Made by a program: the position numbers and the translations under genes
The notes under the pieces: model-generated
Database searches by the model: none
Seen by the model: the letters and a program-made list of their open reading frames with translations, nothing else
What the model was told of the DNA's origin: nothing
Part shown: positions 20,571-29,081 of the stretch, in pieces
How the letters are laid out: each line of letters starts with the position of its first letter
Position numbering within the stretch: position 1 is the stretch's first letter
Assembly: GCA_045591985.1 (NCBI GenBank)
Contig: JAZNTV010000077.1
Span: forward strand, 18,166-82,165
Source of the DNA: Acutalibacteraceae bacterium
Lineage (GTDB): Bacteria; Bacillota; Clostridia; Oscillospirales; Acutalibacteraceae
Length of the DNA: 64,000 nt
Reading direction: 5' to 3'

Positions 20571-21164
20571 ATGGAGATAAAACAGTATCAGGCGGCACTG
20601 GAGGCGGTGTTGTTTGCCAGTGGCGAGCCGGTCGCGCTTGAACGTCTGGCGGCGGCACTGGAAGTGGATGCGGAAGATGCCGAACGGTTGGCGGAGGATC
20701 TGGCACAGGATTACCGCACGCGCGGCGGTGGGTTGATGATCGTGCGTTTGGATGATTGTTATCAGATGTATACCAAGCGTGATTTCGCTCCCTATATTCG
20801 CCGTGCCATGGAAATTCGGCGTAACACACCGCTCTCACAAGCGGCGATGGAAGTGCTGGCTATCGTGGCATACAACCAACCCGTGACCAAAGCGGTGATC
20901 GAACAGGTGCGCGGTGTGGATTGCAGCGCGGTGTTACAAGGGTTACAGCAAAAAGGGCTGGTAGAAGAAAAGGGGCGTTTGGAACTACCCGGTCGTCCGT
21001 TGCTTTACGGCACAACGGTGCATTTTCTGCGTTGTTTCGGCGTGTCGAAATTGGAAGAACTGCCGCCGCTCCCGCAGAAAGAAGGCGGCGAACAGGTGGA
21101 GGTTGAAGAACCGACACTCGACGATATGATTCGTGAAAACGAAGAAAACGAGGCGGCGTTGTGA
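20571..21164 (+). CDS. scpB: Segregation and condensation protein B
   Basis: 197 aa. Blocks ALEAVLFASGEPV and LSQAAMEVLAIVAYNQPVTKAVIEQVRG. Directly follows scpA. Confidence 0.9.
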   Translation: MEIKQYQAALEAVLFASGEPVALERLAAALEVDAEDAERLAEDLAQDYRTRGGGLMIVRLDDCYQMYTKRDFAPYIRRAMEIRRNTPLSQAAMEVLAIVAYNQPVTKAVIEQVRGVDCSAVLQGLQQKGLVEEKGRLELPGRPLLYGTTVHFLRCFGVSKLEELPPLPQKEGGEQVEVEEPTLDDMIRENEENEAAL

Positions 21165-21808
21165 TCGCGTTATACATTGCGCTCGGCATACTGCTGTTGT
21201 TGTTGCTTCCGCTGACTGCTCGTTATCGTTTCGGCGGCGAAGGGCGACTTGTCGTTCGCTATTTGGGGATTCCGGTGTATGTATATTCCACTCAAAAAGA
21301 GAAAAAACCCAAAAAGAAACCTAAAAAACGCTCTTCCAAAAGCAAATCCAAAAAAGAGAAAGGCAGCCTTGTCAAGCGTGTGACCGCTCTGTTGAAAGAA
21401 GAAGGTGCCGCCGGTGTACTTACCCTGTTGCAAGAGGTGATCGCCTATGCGGACACCACGATGCGCCATCTGTTTCGTGTATTGCATTTCGGCCGTTGTC
21501 GCATTCATGTTGTATTCGGTGCAAGCGAAGCGTCCGATGTGGCTTTGCGCTACGGTCGTCTGGCGGGTCCGCTCTATTCTGCCCGCAGTTTGGCCTTGTC
21601 GCTTTTGCGTATCCGTCGCCTGGATTTGACGATGTATCCCAATTTCTTGGAAGAAAAGGATACCGTGACGGCGGATATACGCTTACATGCTTGCCCGCTG
21701 TCGGTATTGGTATGGTTGCTTCGCGCCTTATGTAATGGAACAGGGATACTTTCGCATTTTTCAAATACAAAAAGTGAGGATGATAAAAATGGAAAAAAAG
21801 GTCAGTGA
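21161..21808 (+). CDS. Hypothetical membrane-anchored protein with a Lys-rich linker (DUF2953-like, sporulation-associated context)
   Basis: 215 aa with a GTG start overlapping the scpB stop. N-terminal TM helix and a KEKKPKKKPKKRSSKSKSKKEK tract. Lies upstream of ytfJ, as in other Clostridia (recollection). Confidence 0.45.
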   Translation: MIALYIALGILLLLLLPLTARYRFGGEGRLVVRYLGIPVYVYSTQKEKKPKKKPKKRSSKSKSKKEKGSLVKRVTALLKEEGAAGVLTLLQEVIAYADTTMRHLFRVLHFGRCRIHVVFGASEASDVALRYGRLAGPLYSARSLALSLLRIRRLDLTMYPNFLEEKDTVTADIRLHACPLSVLVWLLRALCNGTGILSHFSNTKSEDDKNGKKGQ

Positions 21809-22169
21809 ATTACTCGGCGTCACCATGGAAAAAGTGAAGGAAATGGTGGACGTGGATACCGTGATCGGTACGCCGGTCGTGGTGGAAGGAATGACGTTGA
21901 TTCCTGTGTCTAAAGTGACCTACGGTTTTGCGGGAGGCGGTTCGGATCTGCCGAGCAAAAGTAATAAGGAACTGTTCGGCGGCGGTTCGGGTGCCGGCAT
22001 TACCGTTACGCCCATTGCGTTCATTTGCGTGCAGGAAGGCCGTGTGAACGTGCTGCCTATGGTTACACAACCGAACGCTGTAGATTCGCTGGTGAGTAAG
22101 TTGCCGGATGTGATCGATCGCATTTCGGATGACGTTGCTCGTCGTCGCGAGGGGAAAACGCGAAAATAA
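21789..22169 (+). CDS. ytfJ: GerW/YtfJ family sporulation protein
   Basis: Start MEKKVSELLGVTMEKVKEMVDVDTVIGTP after GAGGA. Blocks LIPVSKVTYGFAGGG and GGGSGAGITVTPIAF. Confidence 0.75.
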   Translation: MEKKVSELLGVTMEKVKEMVDVDTVIGTPVVVEGMTLIPVSKVTYGFAGGGSDLPSKSNKELFGGGSGAGITVTPIAFICVQEGRVNVLPMVTQPNAVDSLVSKLPDVIDRISDDVARRREGKTRK

Positions 22170-22223
22170 CCATCGGAATGATGTTGCGCTGCCACACATA
22201 GAATATGTGTGGGGGGCGGATAT

Positions 22224-23354
22224 ATGAAAACGACGTTTGCTGCAATACTTGTTTCGGCATTTCTCTGTGTGACACTTTATTTTCCTGTAAAGGCAGATGA
22301 CATTACAGTGTCGGCGCAATCCGCCGTTTTGCTTGACGTTGCTACCGGAACGGTGTTGTATTCCAAAAATGCCGATACACCGCGTGCTATGGCCAGTACC
22401 ACTAAGTTGATGACAGCGTTGGTGGCGGCCGAAAACGGCGACTGGTCACAGACGATAACGGTAACTGCCGAAATGGTAGCGGTAGAGGGCTCTTCGCTTG
22501 GGTTACGGGCGGGGGATACGTTGACACTGTGTGATGCGGTGTGCGGTATGCTGTTGAGTTCCGGTAACGACGCGGCGAATGCCGTGGCATTGTCGTTGGC
22601 GCCCACGCTTCCTGATTTTGCTGCCATGATGAATGAGAAGGCGACGGCGCTTGGTATGAAGGATACCTCCTTTGTTACTCCGTCGGGGTTGGATGCGGAA
22701 CAGCATCTCTCTACGGCATACGATATGGCGTTGCTCGGAGCGGCGGTCTTGCAAGAACCGGTGCTCGCCAACATTTGCAAGCAAAAAAGTGCCCCCATCA
22801 CTATTAACGAACGGGAAATTACGGTTAAAAATCACAATCGCTTACTGTCTCTGTATTCCGATTCTGTCGGCTTGAAGACGGGATATACCAAAAAAGCGGG
22901 ACGTTGTTTGGTGTCGGCGGCGGTGCGAGATGGGCTTGTTTTGGTGGCGGTGACTCTGAATGCGCCGAACGATTGGGAGGATCATGTCGGTTTGTATGAC
23001 TACGGTTTTGCCGGTTGGCGTTCGCTTGTTTTTCCGAGAGTGGAATTGACGCCGCTACCCGTTGTCGGCGGCGTGGCAAGTGAAGTCGCTTTACAAGTCG
23101 ACCCTCCTTCGCCGCTAACAGTACCCGCCTCGGAAGCGGGTGAGGTCACGGCTGTGATACATTTACCCCCTTTTGTTTTTGCGTCGACCTCTTGTGGTGA
23201 CGTAGTGGGACGTGTGGAGTATCGGTGCGGTGAAAACGTCATACAAACGTGTTACATTCGTGCGGCTGCGACCGTAGCGGCGCGACCGTCAAAAGATGCA
23301 GAACCGCATTTTTGGAGATATGTGTGTTTGCTATGGAACGGATTGTTCGAATGA
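22224..23354 (+). CDS. D-alanyl-D-alanine carboxypeptidase (DacB/PBP5*-like)
   Basis: Signal peptide MKTTFAAILVSAFLCVTLYFPVKA. Motifs are STTK (SxxK), SGND (SxN) and KTGYT (KTG). The start is uncertain; the ORF track gives 22209. Confidence 0.8.
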   Translation: MKTTFAAILVSAFLCVTLYFPVKADDITVSAQSAVLLDVATGTVLYSKNADTPRAMASTTKLMTALVAAENGDWSQTITVTAEMVAVEGSSLGLRAGDTLTLCDAVCGMLLSSGNDAANAVALSLAPTLPDFAAMMNEKATALGMKDTSFVTPSGLDAEQHLSTAYDMALLGAAVLQEPVLANICKQKSAPITINEREITVKNHNRLLSLYSDSVGLKTGYTKKAGRCLVSAAVRDGLVLVAVTLNAPNDWEDHVGLYDYGFAGWRSLVFPRVELTPLPVVGGVASEVALQVDPPSPLTVPASEAGEVTAVIHLPPFVFASTSCGDVVGRVEYRCGENVIQTCYIRAAATVAARPSKDAEPHFWRYVCLLWNGLFE

Positions 23355-23379
23355 AAACGGTTGTTTATAAGGAGTAGTT

Positions 23380-24171
23380 ATGGCAGAAGAACGGTTGCAA
23401 AAAATCATAGCTGAACGTGGCCTGGCTTCCCGTCGAAAGGCGGAGGAGTTAATTGCACGCGGTAAAGTAAAAGTAAACGGACACGTGGCTACGCTCGGCG
23501 ACAAGGCGGATCCGCGGCGGGATGTGATTTTGGTGGGCGGTAAGCGGCTGACGGCGGCGGAAGCGGCCACCTACATCATGTTGAATAAACCGCGCGGGTA
23601 CGTTACGACTCTAAACGATGAGTTAGGGCGAAAGTGCGTAGCGGAATTGGTCGCTAATGCCGGTGTGCGTGTGTATCCCGTGGGGCGTTTGGATCGTGAT
23701 TCCGAGGGTATGTTGTTGCTCACAAACGACGGCGATTTTGCCAATGCCATTATGCATCCTTCTACACATGTTCCCAAGCGTTATCGTGTCACTGTACGCG
23801 GAAAAGCAGATGATGCGGCGTTACAGACGTTTCGTGACGGCATTGTGTTAGACGGACGGCGTACACTGCCGGCAGACGTATCGGTCGTTTCCGAAGAGCC
23901 GGAGCGCACGGTGTTGGAGGTCGTTTTGTATGAAGGGCGTAATCGTCAGATTCGCCGCATGTGCGAAGCGTTGCAGCTGCAGGTCATTCGGTTGCGCCGC
24001 ACGGCGGTAGGGTCGGTCAAACTGGGGATGTTACCGGTTGGCAAATGGCGGTATTTGACTCCGAAAGAAGTCAAAGCTTTGGTACAAGCCACGGGCGTTC
24101 CGCAAAAAGTGGCGGCCGAGTATATTAAGCGGGGGAGTGTGCCGAATGATCCGTATTCTACCAAACGCTGA
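23380..24171 (+). CDS. rluB: rRNA pseudouridine synthase (RsuA/RluB family)
   Basis: 263 aa. S4 domain RLQKIIAERGLASRRKAEELI and catalytic block VGRLDRDSEGMLLLTNDG. Confidence 0.9.
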   Translation: MAEERLQKIIAERGLASRRKAEELIARGKVKVNGHVATLGDKADPRRDVILVGGKRLTAAEAATYIMLNKPRGYVTTLNDELGRKCVAELVANAGVRVYPVGRLDRDSEGMLLLTNDGDFANAIMHPSTHVPKRYRVTVRGKADDAALQTFRDGIVLDGRRTLPADVSVVSEEPERTVLEVVLYEGRNRQIRRMCEALQLQVIRLRRTAVGSVKLGMLPVGKWRYLTPKEVKALVQATGVPQKVAAEYIKRGSVPNDPYSTKR

Positions 24172-24460
24172 GCGAGACGGCGAATACATTTTGTGGGACG
24201 GCGATGTTGCTTGCGGTAAGGCGTTGGCACGGTTTGACGATCGCGTGCATATCCTCTCGGTAGAGGCACCGGATGCTTTGTTGGCGGAGGGAATGGTGCG
24301 TGCCGTGCTGAATGCCGGGCGGGTACGTGAGCTCGCTTGTGCGGTTTGTGCAAACGAAGAATTGTTCCCGTTGCTTCGTCATCTGGAATTCACACCGTGT
24401 GATGAAGGGATGACCGTGAGCATTCCCGATTTCTTTTTTCGCGGGTGCCAAGGACATTAA
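24146..24460 (+). CDS. Hypothetical protein
   Basis: 104-aa ORF starting after GGGGGAG and overlapping the rluB end. I recognise no motif. Confidence 0.3.
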   Translation: MIRILPNAERDGEYILWDGDVACGKALARFDDRVHILSVEAPDALLAEGMVRAVLNAGRVRELACAVCANEELFPLLRHLEFTPCDEGMTVSIPDFFFRGCQGH

Positions 24461-24586
24461 CAGGCAGGATACTACAAACTTAAAAGGGGTTGTCCGTTTG
24501 TCGGATAACCTCTTTCTGTATGCGATAGAGTTTGAGTAAAATGTATATTTTATGTTGCCTCAAGGTGGGAAATTTCGTTTTTTCTG

Positions 24587-24616
24587 TTGACAGCAAGAGG
24601 GAATATACTGTATAAT
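24587..24616 (+). promoter_or_regulatory. Putative sigma-A promoter of beta-helix/dockerin paralogue 1
   Basis: TTGACA, 18-nt spacer, TATAAT. AT-rich upstream region. Confidence 0.5.
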
Positions 24617-24649
24617 ATAATTAACTTTGTAACGGAAAGGAAGTAGGTT

Positions 24650-27600
24650 ATGAAAAAACGCATTTTGGCAATTGTCCTGTGTGTATGTCTGTTGGTGCCG
24701 TTTATGGCAACAGCCGGCGGTCAGGTCTTTGCTGAAGAGGCAGAAGTGAAGAAGGAGTATATCCTCAGCGAACTGAAAGGACGCGTATCCGTGGTTATGG
24801 ATCTGGGTTCGGTCAGCGCCGGCGGTGGCTTGTTGTACACTTCTCCTGAATTTGATTTCGGTCCGATTGATGTGTCCGGCGAAAACGGCGCTCCGAATTT
24901 TAGCGACGTCGCTATTCAGTTTGACACATACATCCAGGGAACCGATTCGTTCATCGAATACATGACGAGCGGAAAAATGGGTGGACAGTTGGAAGTGACG
25001 AGTAGCGGTATGTGCGACGAAGATGAACTTGGTATGAAGCCCGGAACGGCTTTGAAGTTCACCCCCGGTGAGTGGCGTCGTGTGACTGTCCGCTTGTCCG
25101 ACTTCTATAAGTCCGGCGGTGATTTCGACAGAAAGAAATTTAACTTTGTTCGTATCTATCTTGAAGGTGGTGGGGAAGCGTATACCGGCGCAAGCGGCAC
25201 CTTGAAGATCGTGAACTGGTGCATTGTTGATCTTTCCGTTCCGGCGGAAGAGCGGCCGACCGAAGAGGATCGTCCGCTCGGTGACGGCACGTTCCGCGCC
25301 GATCCGCCGGTGTATGAAAAGATGACGATTGCCGATGGTTACGATAACCGTGTAGACGTGTTTGCGGGTTATAACTTGGAAGAATACCTGAAGAACCATC
25401 CCGAAATTAACATCAACGGCAGCGAAGGCAAGGACTATTCTCCGGTTATCAACTCCTTGTTGGAAAGTCTCGGCGCGAGCGGCGGCGGTGCTTTGTTTAT
25501 TCCGGCCGGCAGATATCCCTGTCGCACAGAGATCAACATACCTGTCGGCACTACGATCGTGGGTGAATGGGCGAATCCCGACCAAAACCCCGAGATCCGC
25601 GGTACGATCTTCGAAGTATACTGCGGCGCAAATGCGACGAACGGCGCGCCGTTTATCTCGATGGATCACCACACAAAGATCAACAACGTGGCGTTCTGGT
25701 ATCCCGAACAGACGGTGGCCTGTGACATTCAGTATCCGCCCACGATCGATATGTATCAGTACACCTTTGTGGAGAACGTGACTTTTGTTAACTCGTTCTT
25801 TGCTATCCAGCAGCAGCGCGGCGCAAACTGCCCGAACGCGTGGAACATCTACGGCACGCCTTTGAATATCGGTGTTGACTTTGATATGGTCGTTGATATT
25901 GCCCGTATTCAAGAAGTGCATTTCTCTCCGGACTATTGGGTGAATTCCGGTTTGCCCGGTGCTCCGACTACGGCCAATGAGATTCAAACGCTGGAAGATC
26001 AGCTTTACAACTATGCAATCGGTATCACCTTGCGTCGTATTGACTGGTCTTACGTGACGTATTCCGACATCACCGGTTACAACGTCGGTCTGATGTTTGC
26101 CGAATCGATCGAAGGCAACCTGCCGAACGGTCAGTGTGTCGGTTTGAACTTTACGGATTGTAAGTACGGTCATTTCTCCTATGGTACGGCGGGTTCGACC
26201 GAGTCGATGCTCGATATTACCATGAAGAATTGTGAGTACGGTGTGTATGTTACCGGCGAACACGACGGTGCTCTGCGTTACTATAACGCAGATATTCAGG
26301 CAACCCAGTATGCGGTGTATCAGGAGTCTGCGTATACGAAGTTGACGTTGATGGCATCCACCGTGCGCGGCGGTCGTGTGTACACCAAGAACGGTAACAA
26401 CACCTTTATTAACAACAAATTCTACACGGCAAAACCGCAGATCGAACTGGATTACGGCACCATTTCGGGTATCGTGATCGGCAACACCGACGTGTATGGC
26501 GATCCGATCAAATGTGAAAACCCCGGTTCTTGTACTTACAGCTATGTAGAAAAGCCTGTCAAGTTGAATGCGTATACCGAAATGACGCGTGAAGAGGCGT
26601 ATGGTAAAGTGCCTGCTCCCGCAAGCGAGAACTATCGTATCCCGACCGATATCGATGTCACCGGTGAGACTGATGCGACCGAAAAGATCCAGTCTTACTT
26701 GACGGAACTCGGTGAACTCGGCGGTGGTACACTGTTCTTGGTTTCCGGTAAGTATCGCATCGATGGCACGCTTTCGGTGCCGACGGGTGTGGAATTGCGC
26801 GGTTCGGCCGACTTCGCTTCGATCCCGAAAGCAGTCAACACCATGTTCTATGTGTACACGCCTGTGGAAGCGGGTAAGGATGAATACACCTCGACCGCTA
26901 CCGTGACGCTTGCGGAAAACAGCGGTATCCGCGGTATCATCTTCAACTATCCCGAGCAGCACAGCACGTATCATGCGACCGAGAAGGTGTATGATCCGAT
27001 CGCTTCTGCCGAACTTGGTGTCGAAACCTATCAGCAGTATTATGAATTTGATTTCCATCCGTATCCGTATGCCATCCGCGGTGCGGGCGCCGATGTGTAC
27101 GTTGTGAACGTGTCGGTGCGTAACGGTTGGAATGGTATCGATCTCAAGACCTATCGTTGCGATAACCACTATGTGGATTATCTCGCGGGTCACTTCTTCA
27201 ACCGCGGTCTTGTGGTTGGTAACGGTTCGACCGGCGGTTACATCCGTAACTACCAGTTCAACTACAACTCCATCTGCCAGGCGCATTCGGAAGTTTGGAA
27301 CGGATTCGGCGGCGAGCCCTCCAGTGTGCAGGTTACTTCGTGGTTCCATCAGCCGATGCAGGCGCAGTTCCAGAACAACTCCATCATCCTGCAGCTCGGT
27401 TATGTAGAAGACCAGCTTGTTTACAACTGCTTCAACTACGCATCGTATATCGGTGTGCATCTGGTTGACGAAGGCGGCCGTGCGGCAAACGCCCGCATCT
27501 TTGGTCACGGTGTTGACTACGGTAACGTTTCCTTGCAGATCGAAGCGGCTGAAGACGTAGAGTTCACCAACATGCAGTTGACGGCGTTCAACCAGTGCGG

Positions 27601-28891
27601 TGATAACGGCAATACCGGCCGTTGGGCGGTCAATCAGGAAGAAAAGCCGATCTATGATATTTGGCTGAAGGATACCTTTGAGGGTGAGATCACCATCACC
27701 AACTTTGTGGAATGGGCCCCCACCCCGACGTCCGGTGTGCGTGTCGACAGCGGTACGCTGAATATGTATAACGCCCAGTTCAGCCACACCAAGTCTCACT
27801 TGTTCGAACTGAACGGTGACGGCAAACTCAACATCATCGGTTTCTGCTGCGATCGTGCGGATAACCCCGCATTGGTGGATAACGATCCCAAGAATCTGCA
27901 TATCACTGCCGGTTACTATTACAGCGAACCCACGGCGACCAAGAATCTCGGTACGTATGAGCATGTGTATCAAGTGGAATATCGTTATTCGGTTCCGAAG
28001 AACGTTATTTTCACGGAAGATTCCGAGATCATGTTTGTGGAATCCTTTGATAGCTATGAACTGACGGAGAATTCGATCATCTCTGTGGACAACTTGAAGT
28101 ATGGTTCGATACGCCGTGGTGCGATCCGTACGCGTTTGTTGGCAAACCAACTGTCTCAGGGTATTAAAGCCGGTCAGGATCGTTACGCGGAAGAGATGCC
28201 GTTTGTGCTTGAGAGCGGTAAGAAGAACGACCTGTATCGTTTGGAATGGCGTGTTATTGTAGATGAAATGCGCGATACGGAAGACAGCGAGATCTATTTG
28301 ATGCTTTCGAATGCGCAGATCAAACAGCAGACGATGTTGACCATTAAGCGTGACGGTTCTGTATACGATCAGAACAATGCCAAGATCGGTACGATCCAGT
28401 TCGGTGAGTATTATCGTTTGGCGGTCGAAGTAGATGCACGTAATGCGAATAATAAGACGGCCACGATCTATCTTTTGAACGACGACAGCCGTGTGATCGG
28501 TAAGGGTACCACCACGGCAATGAGTGCCAACTTCCAAGGCGAAAACACCGTGACCGGTTTCTATTTGGCATCGATGACGACTTGCTTCGACGATGCGCCT
28601 GATACCGAGACGGATATGTCGCTTGACTACTTCTACATCTGCCGCAGCGAAAAGAGCACGATCGGTCGTAATGTGGATCCGAACAGTGTGATGATCGGCG
28701 ATGTCAGCAGCGATGGCAAGGTCGATTCGACCGATGCACGTATGGTGCTGCAGTATTCGGTGAAGAAGATCACCACGTTGCCCGCAGCGGACGCCGCGGA
28801 TGTAGACGGCAACGGCAAGATCGATTCGACCGACGCGCGTTTGATCCTGCAGTATTCGGTGAAGAAGATCAGCGCTTTCCCTGCCGCGTAA
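24650..28891 (+). CDS. Secreted dockerin-bearing protein with two pectate-lyase-superfamily (right-handed beta-helix) modules; putative polysaccharide depolymerase, paralogue 1
   Basis: 1413 aa. Signal peptide ends ..GGQVFA. The two modules open with GGGALFIPAGRYP and GGGTLFLVSGKYRIDG and carry FWYPEQ and FNYPEQ. A 64-aa duplicated dockerin sits at the C-terminus. Confidence 0.85.
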   Translation: MKKRILAIVLCVCLLVPFMATAGGQVFAEEAEVKKEYILSELKGRVSVVMDLGSVSAGGGLLYTSPEFDFGPIDVSGENGAPNFSDVAIQFDTYIQGTDSFIEYMTSGKMGGQLEVTSSGMCDEDELGMKPGTALKFTPGEWRRVTVRLSDFYKSGGDFDRKKFNFVRIYLEGGGEAYTGASGTLKIVNWCIVDLSVPAEERPTEEDRPLGDGTFRADPPVYEKMTIADGYDNRVDVFAGYNLEEYLKNHPEININGSEGKDYSPVINSLLESLGASGGGALFIPAGRYPCRTEINIPVGTTIVGEWANPDQNPEIRGTIFEVYCGANATNGAPFISMDHHTKINNVAFWYPEQTVACDIQYPPTIDMYQYTFVENVTFVNSFFAIQQQRGANCPNAWNIYGTPLNIGVDFDMVVDIARIQEVHFSPDYWVNSGLPGAPTTANEIQTLEDQLYNYAIGITLRRIDWSYVTYSDITGYNVGLMFAESIEGNLPNGQCVGLNFTDCKYGHFSYGTAGSTESMLDITMKNCEYGVYVTGEHDGALRYYNADIQATQYAVYQESAYTKLTLMASTVRGGRVYTKNGNNTFINNKFYTAKPQIELDYGTISGIVIGNTDVYGDPIKCENPGSCTYSYVEKPVKLNAYTEMTREEAYGKVPAPASENYRIPTDIDVTGETDATEKIQSYLTELGELGGGTLFLVSGKYRIDGTLSVPTGVELRGSADFASIPKAVNTMFYVYTPVEAGKDEYTSTATVTLAENSGIRGIIFNYPEQHSTYHATEKVYDPIASAELGVETYQQYYEFDFHPYPYAIRGAGADVYVVNVSVRNGWNGIDLKTYRCDNHYVDYLAGHFFNRGLVVGNGSTGGYIRNYQFNYNSICQAHSEVWNGFGGEPSSVQVTSWFHQPMQAQFQNNSIILQLGYVEDQLVYNCFNYASYIGVHLVDEGGRAANARIFGHGVDYGNVSLQIEAAEDVEFTNMQLTAFNQCGDNGNTGRWAVNQEEKPIYDIWLKDTFEGEITITNFVEWAPTPTSGVRVDSGTLNMYNAQFSHTKSHLFELNGDGKLNIIGFCCDRADNPALVDNDPKNLHITAGYYYSEPTATKNLGTYEHVYQVEYRYSVPKNVIFTEDSEIMFVESFDSYELTENSIISVDNLKYGSIRRGAIRTRLLANQLSQGIKAGQDRYAEEMPFVLESGKKNDLYRLEWRVIVDEMRDTEDSEIYLMLSNAQIKQQTMLTIKRDGSVYDQNNAKIGTIQFGEYYRLAVEVDARNANNKTATIYLLNDDSRVIGKGTTTAMSANFQGENTVTGFYLASMTTCFDDAPDTETDMSLDYFYICRSEKSTIGRNVDPNSVMIGDVSSDGKVDSTDARMVLQYSVKKITTLPAADAADVDGNGKIDSTDARLILQYSVKKISAFPAA
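28697..28888 (+). other. Dockerin module of paralogue 1 (two Ca-binding repeat segments)
   Basis: GDVSSDGKVDSTDARMVLQYSVKK ... ADVDGNGKIDSTDARLILQYSVKK. Confidence 0.8.
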
Positions 28892-28911
28892 AAACAGATA
28901 ATCTTTTATGA

Positions 28912-28957
28912 AATCCCCCGACAATGCGTTCAGGCTCGTTGTCGGGGGATTCTTTAT
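28912..28957 (+). terminator. Intrinsic terminator of paralogue 1
   Basis: 13-bp stem aatcccccgacaa...ttgtcgggggatt followed by cttt. Confidence 0.6.
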
Positions 28958-29010
28958 ATGTAAAAAATTGTTTAAGATATGTAATATATTGTTAATGTAA
29001 TTCTTGTTTA

Positions 29011-29040
29011 TTGACAGCGGCCGGGCCGGGGGAGTATAAT
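29011..29040 (+). promoter_or_regulatory. Putative promoter of paralogue 2
   Basis: TTGACA, 18-nt spacer, TATAAT. Confidence 0.5.
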
Positions 29041-29081
29041 AATTACATTACTTGAATTGAAATTAGGGAGAGGATATACGA

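Noticed and set aside
24560-28924. 1454-aa ORF on the minus strand, covering the whole of paralogue 1.
   Set aside because: It is exactly codon-aligned antisense to a gene with clear signal peptide, domain and dockerin features. It exists only because the sense gene lacks TTA, CTA and TCA codons. Its translation is low-complexity (Arg/Ile/Val/Thr-rich), and it has no RBS or promoter. It is a shadow ORF.
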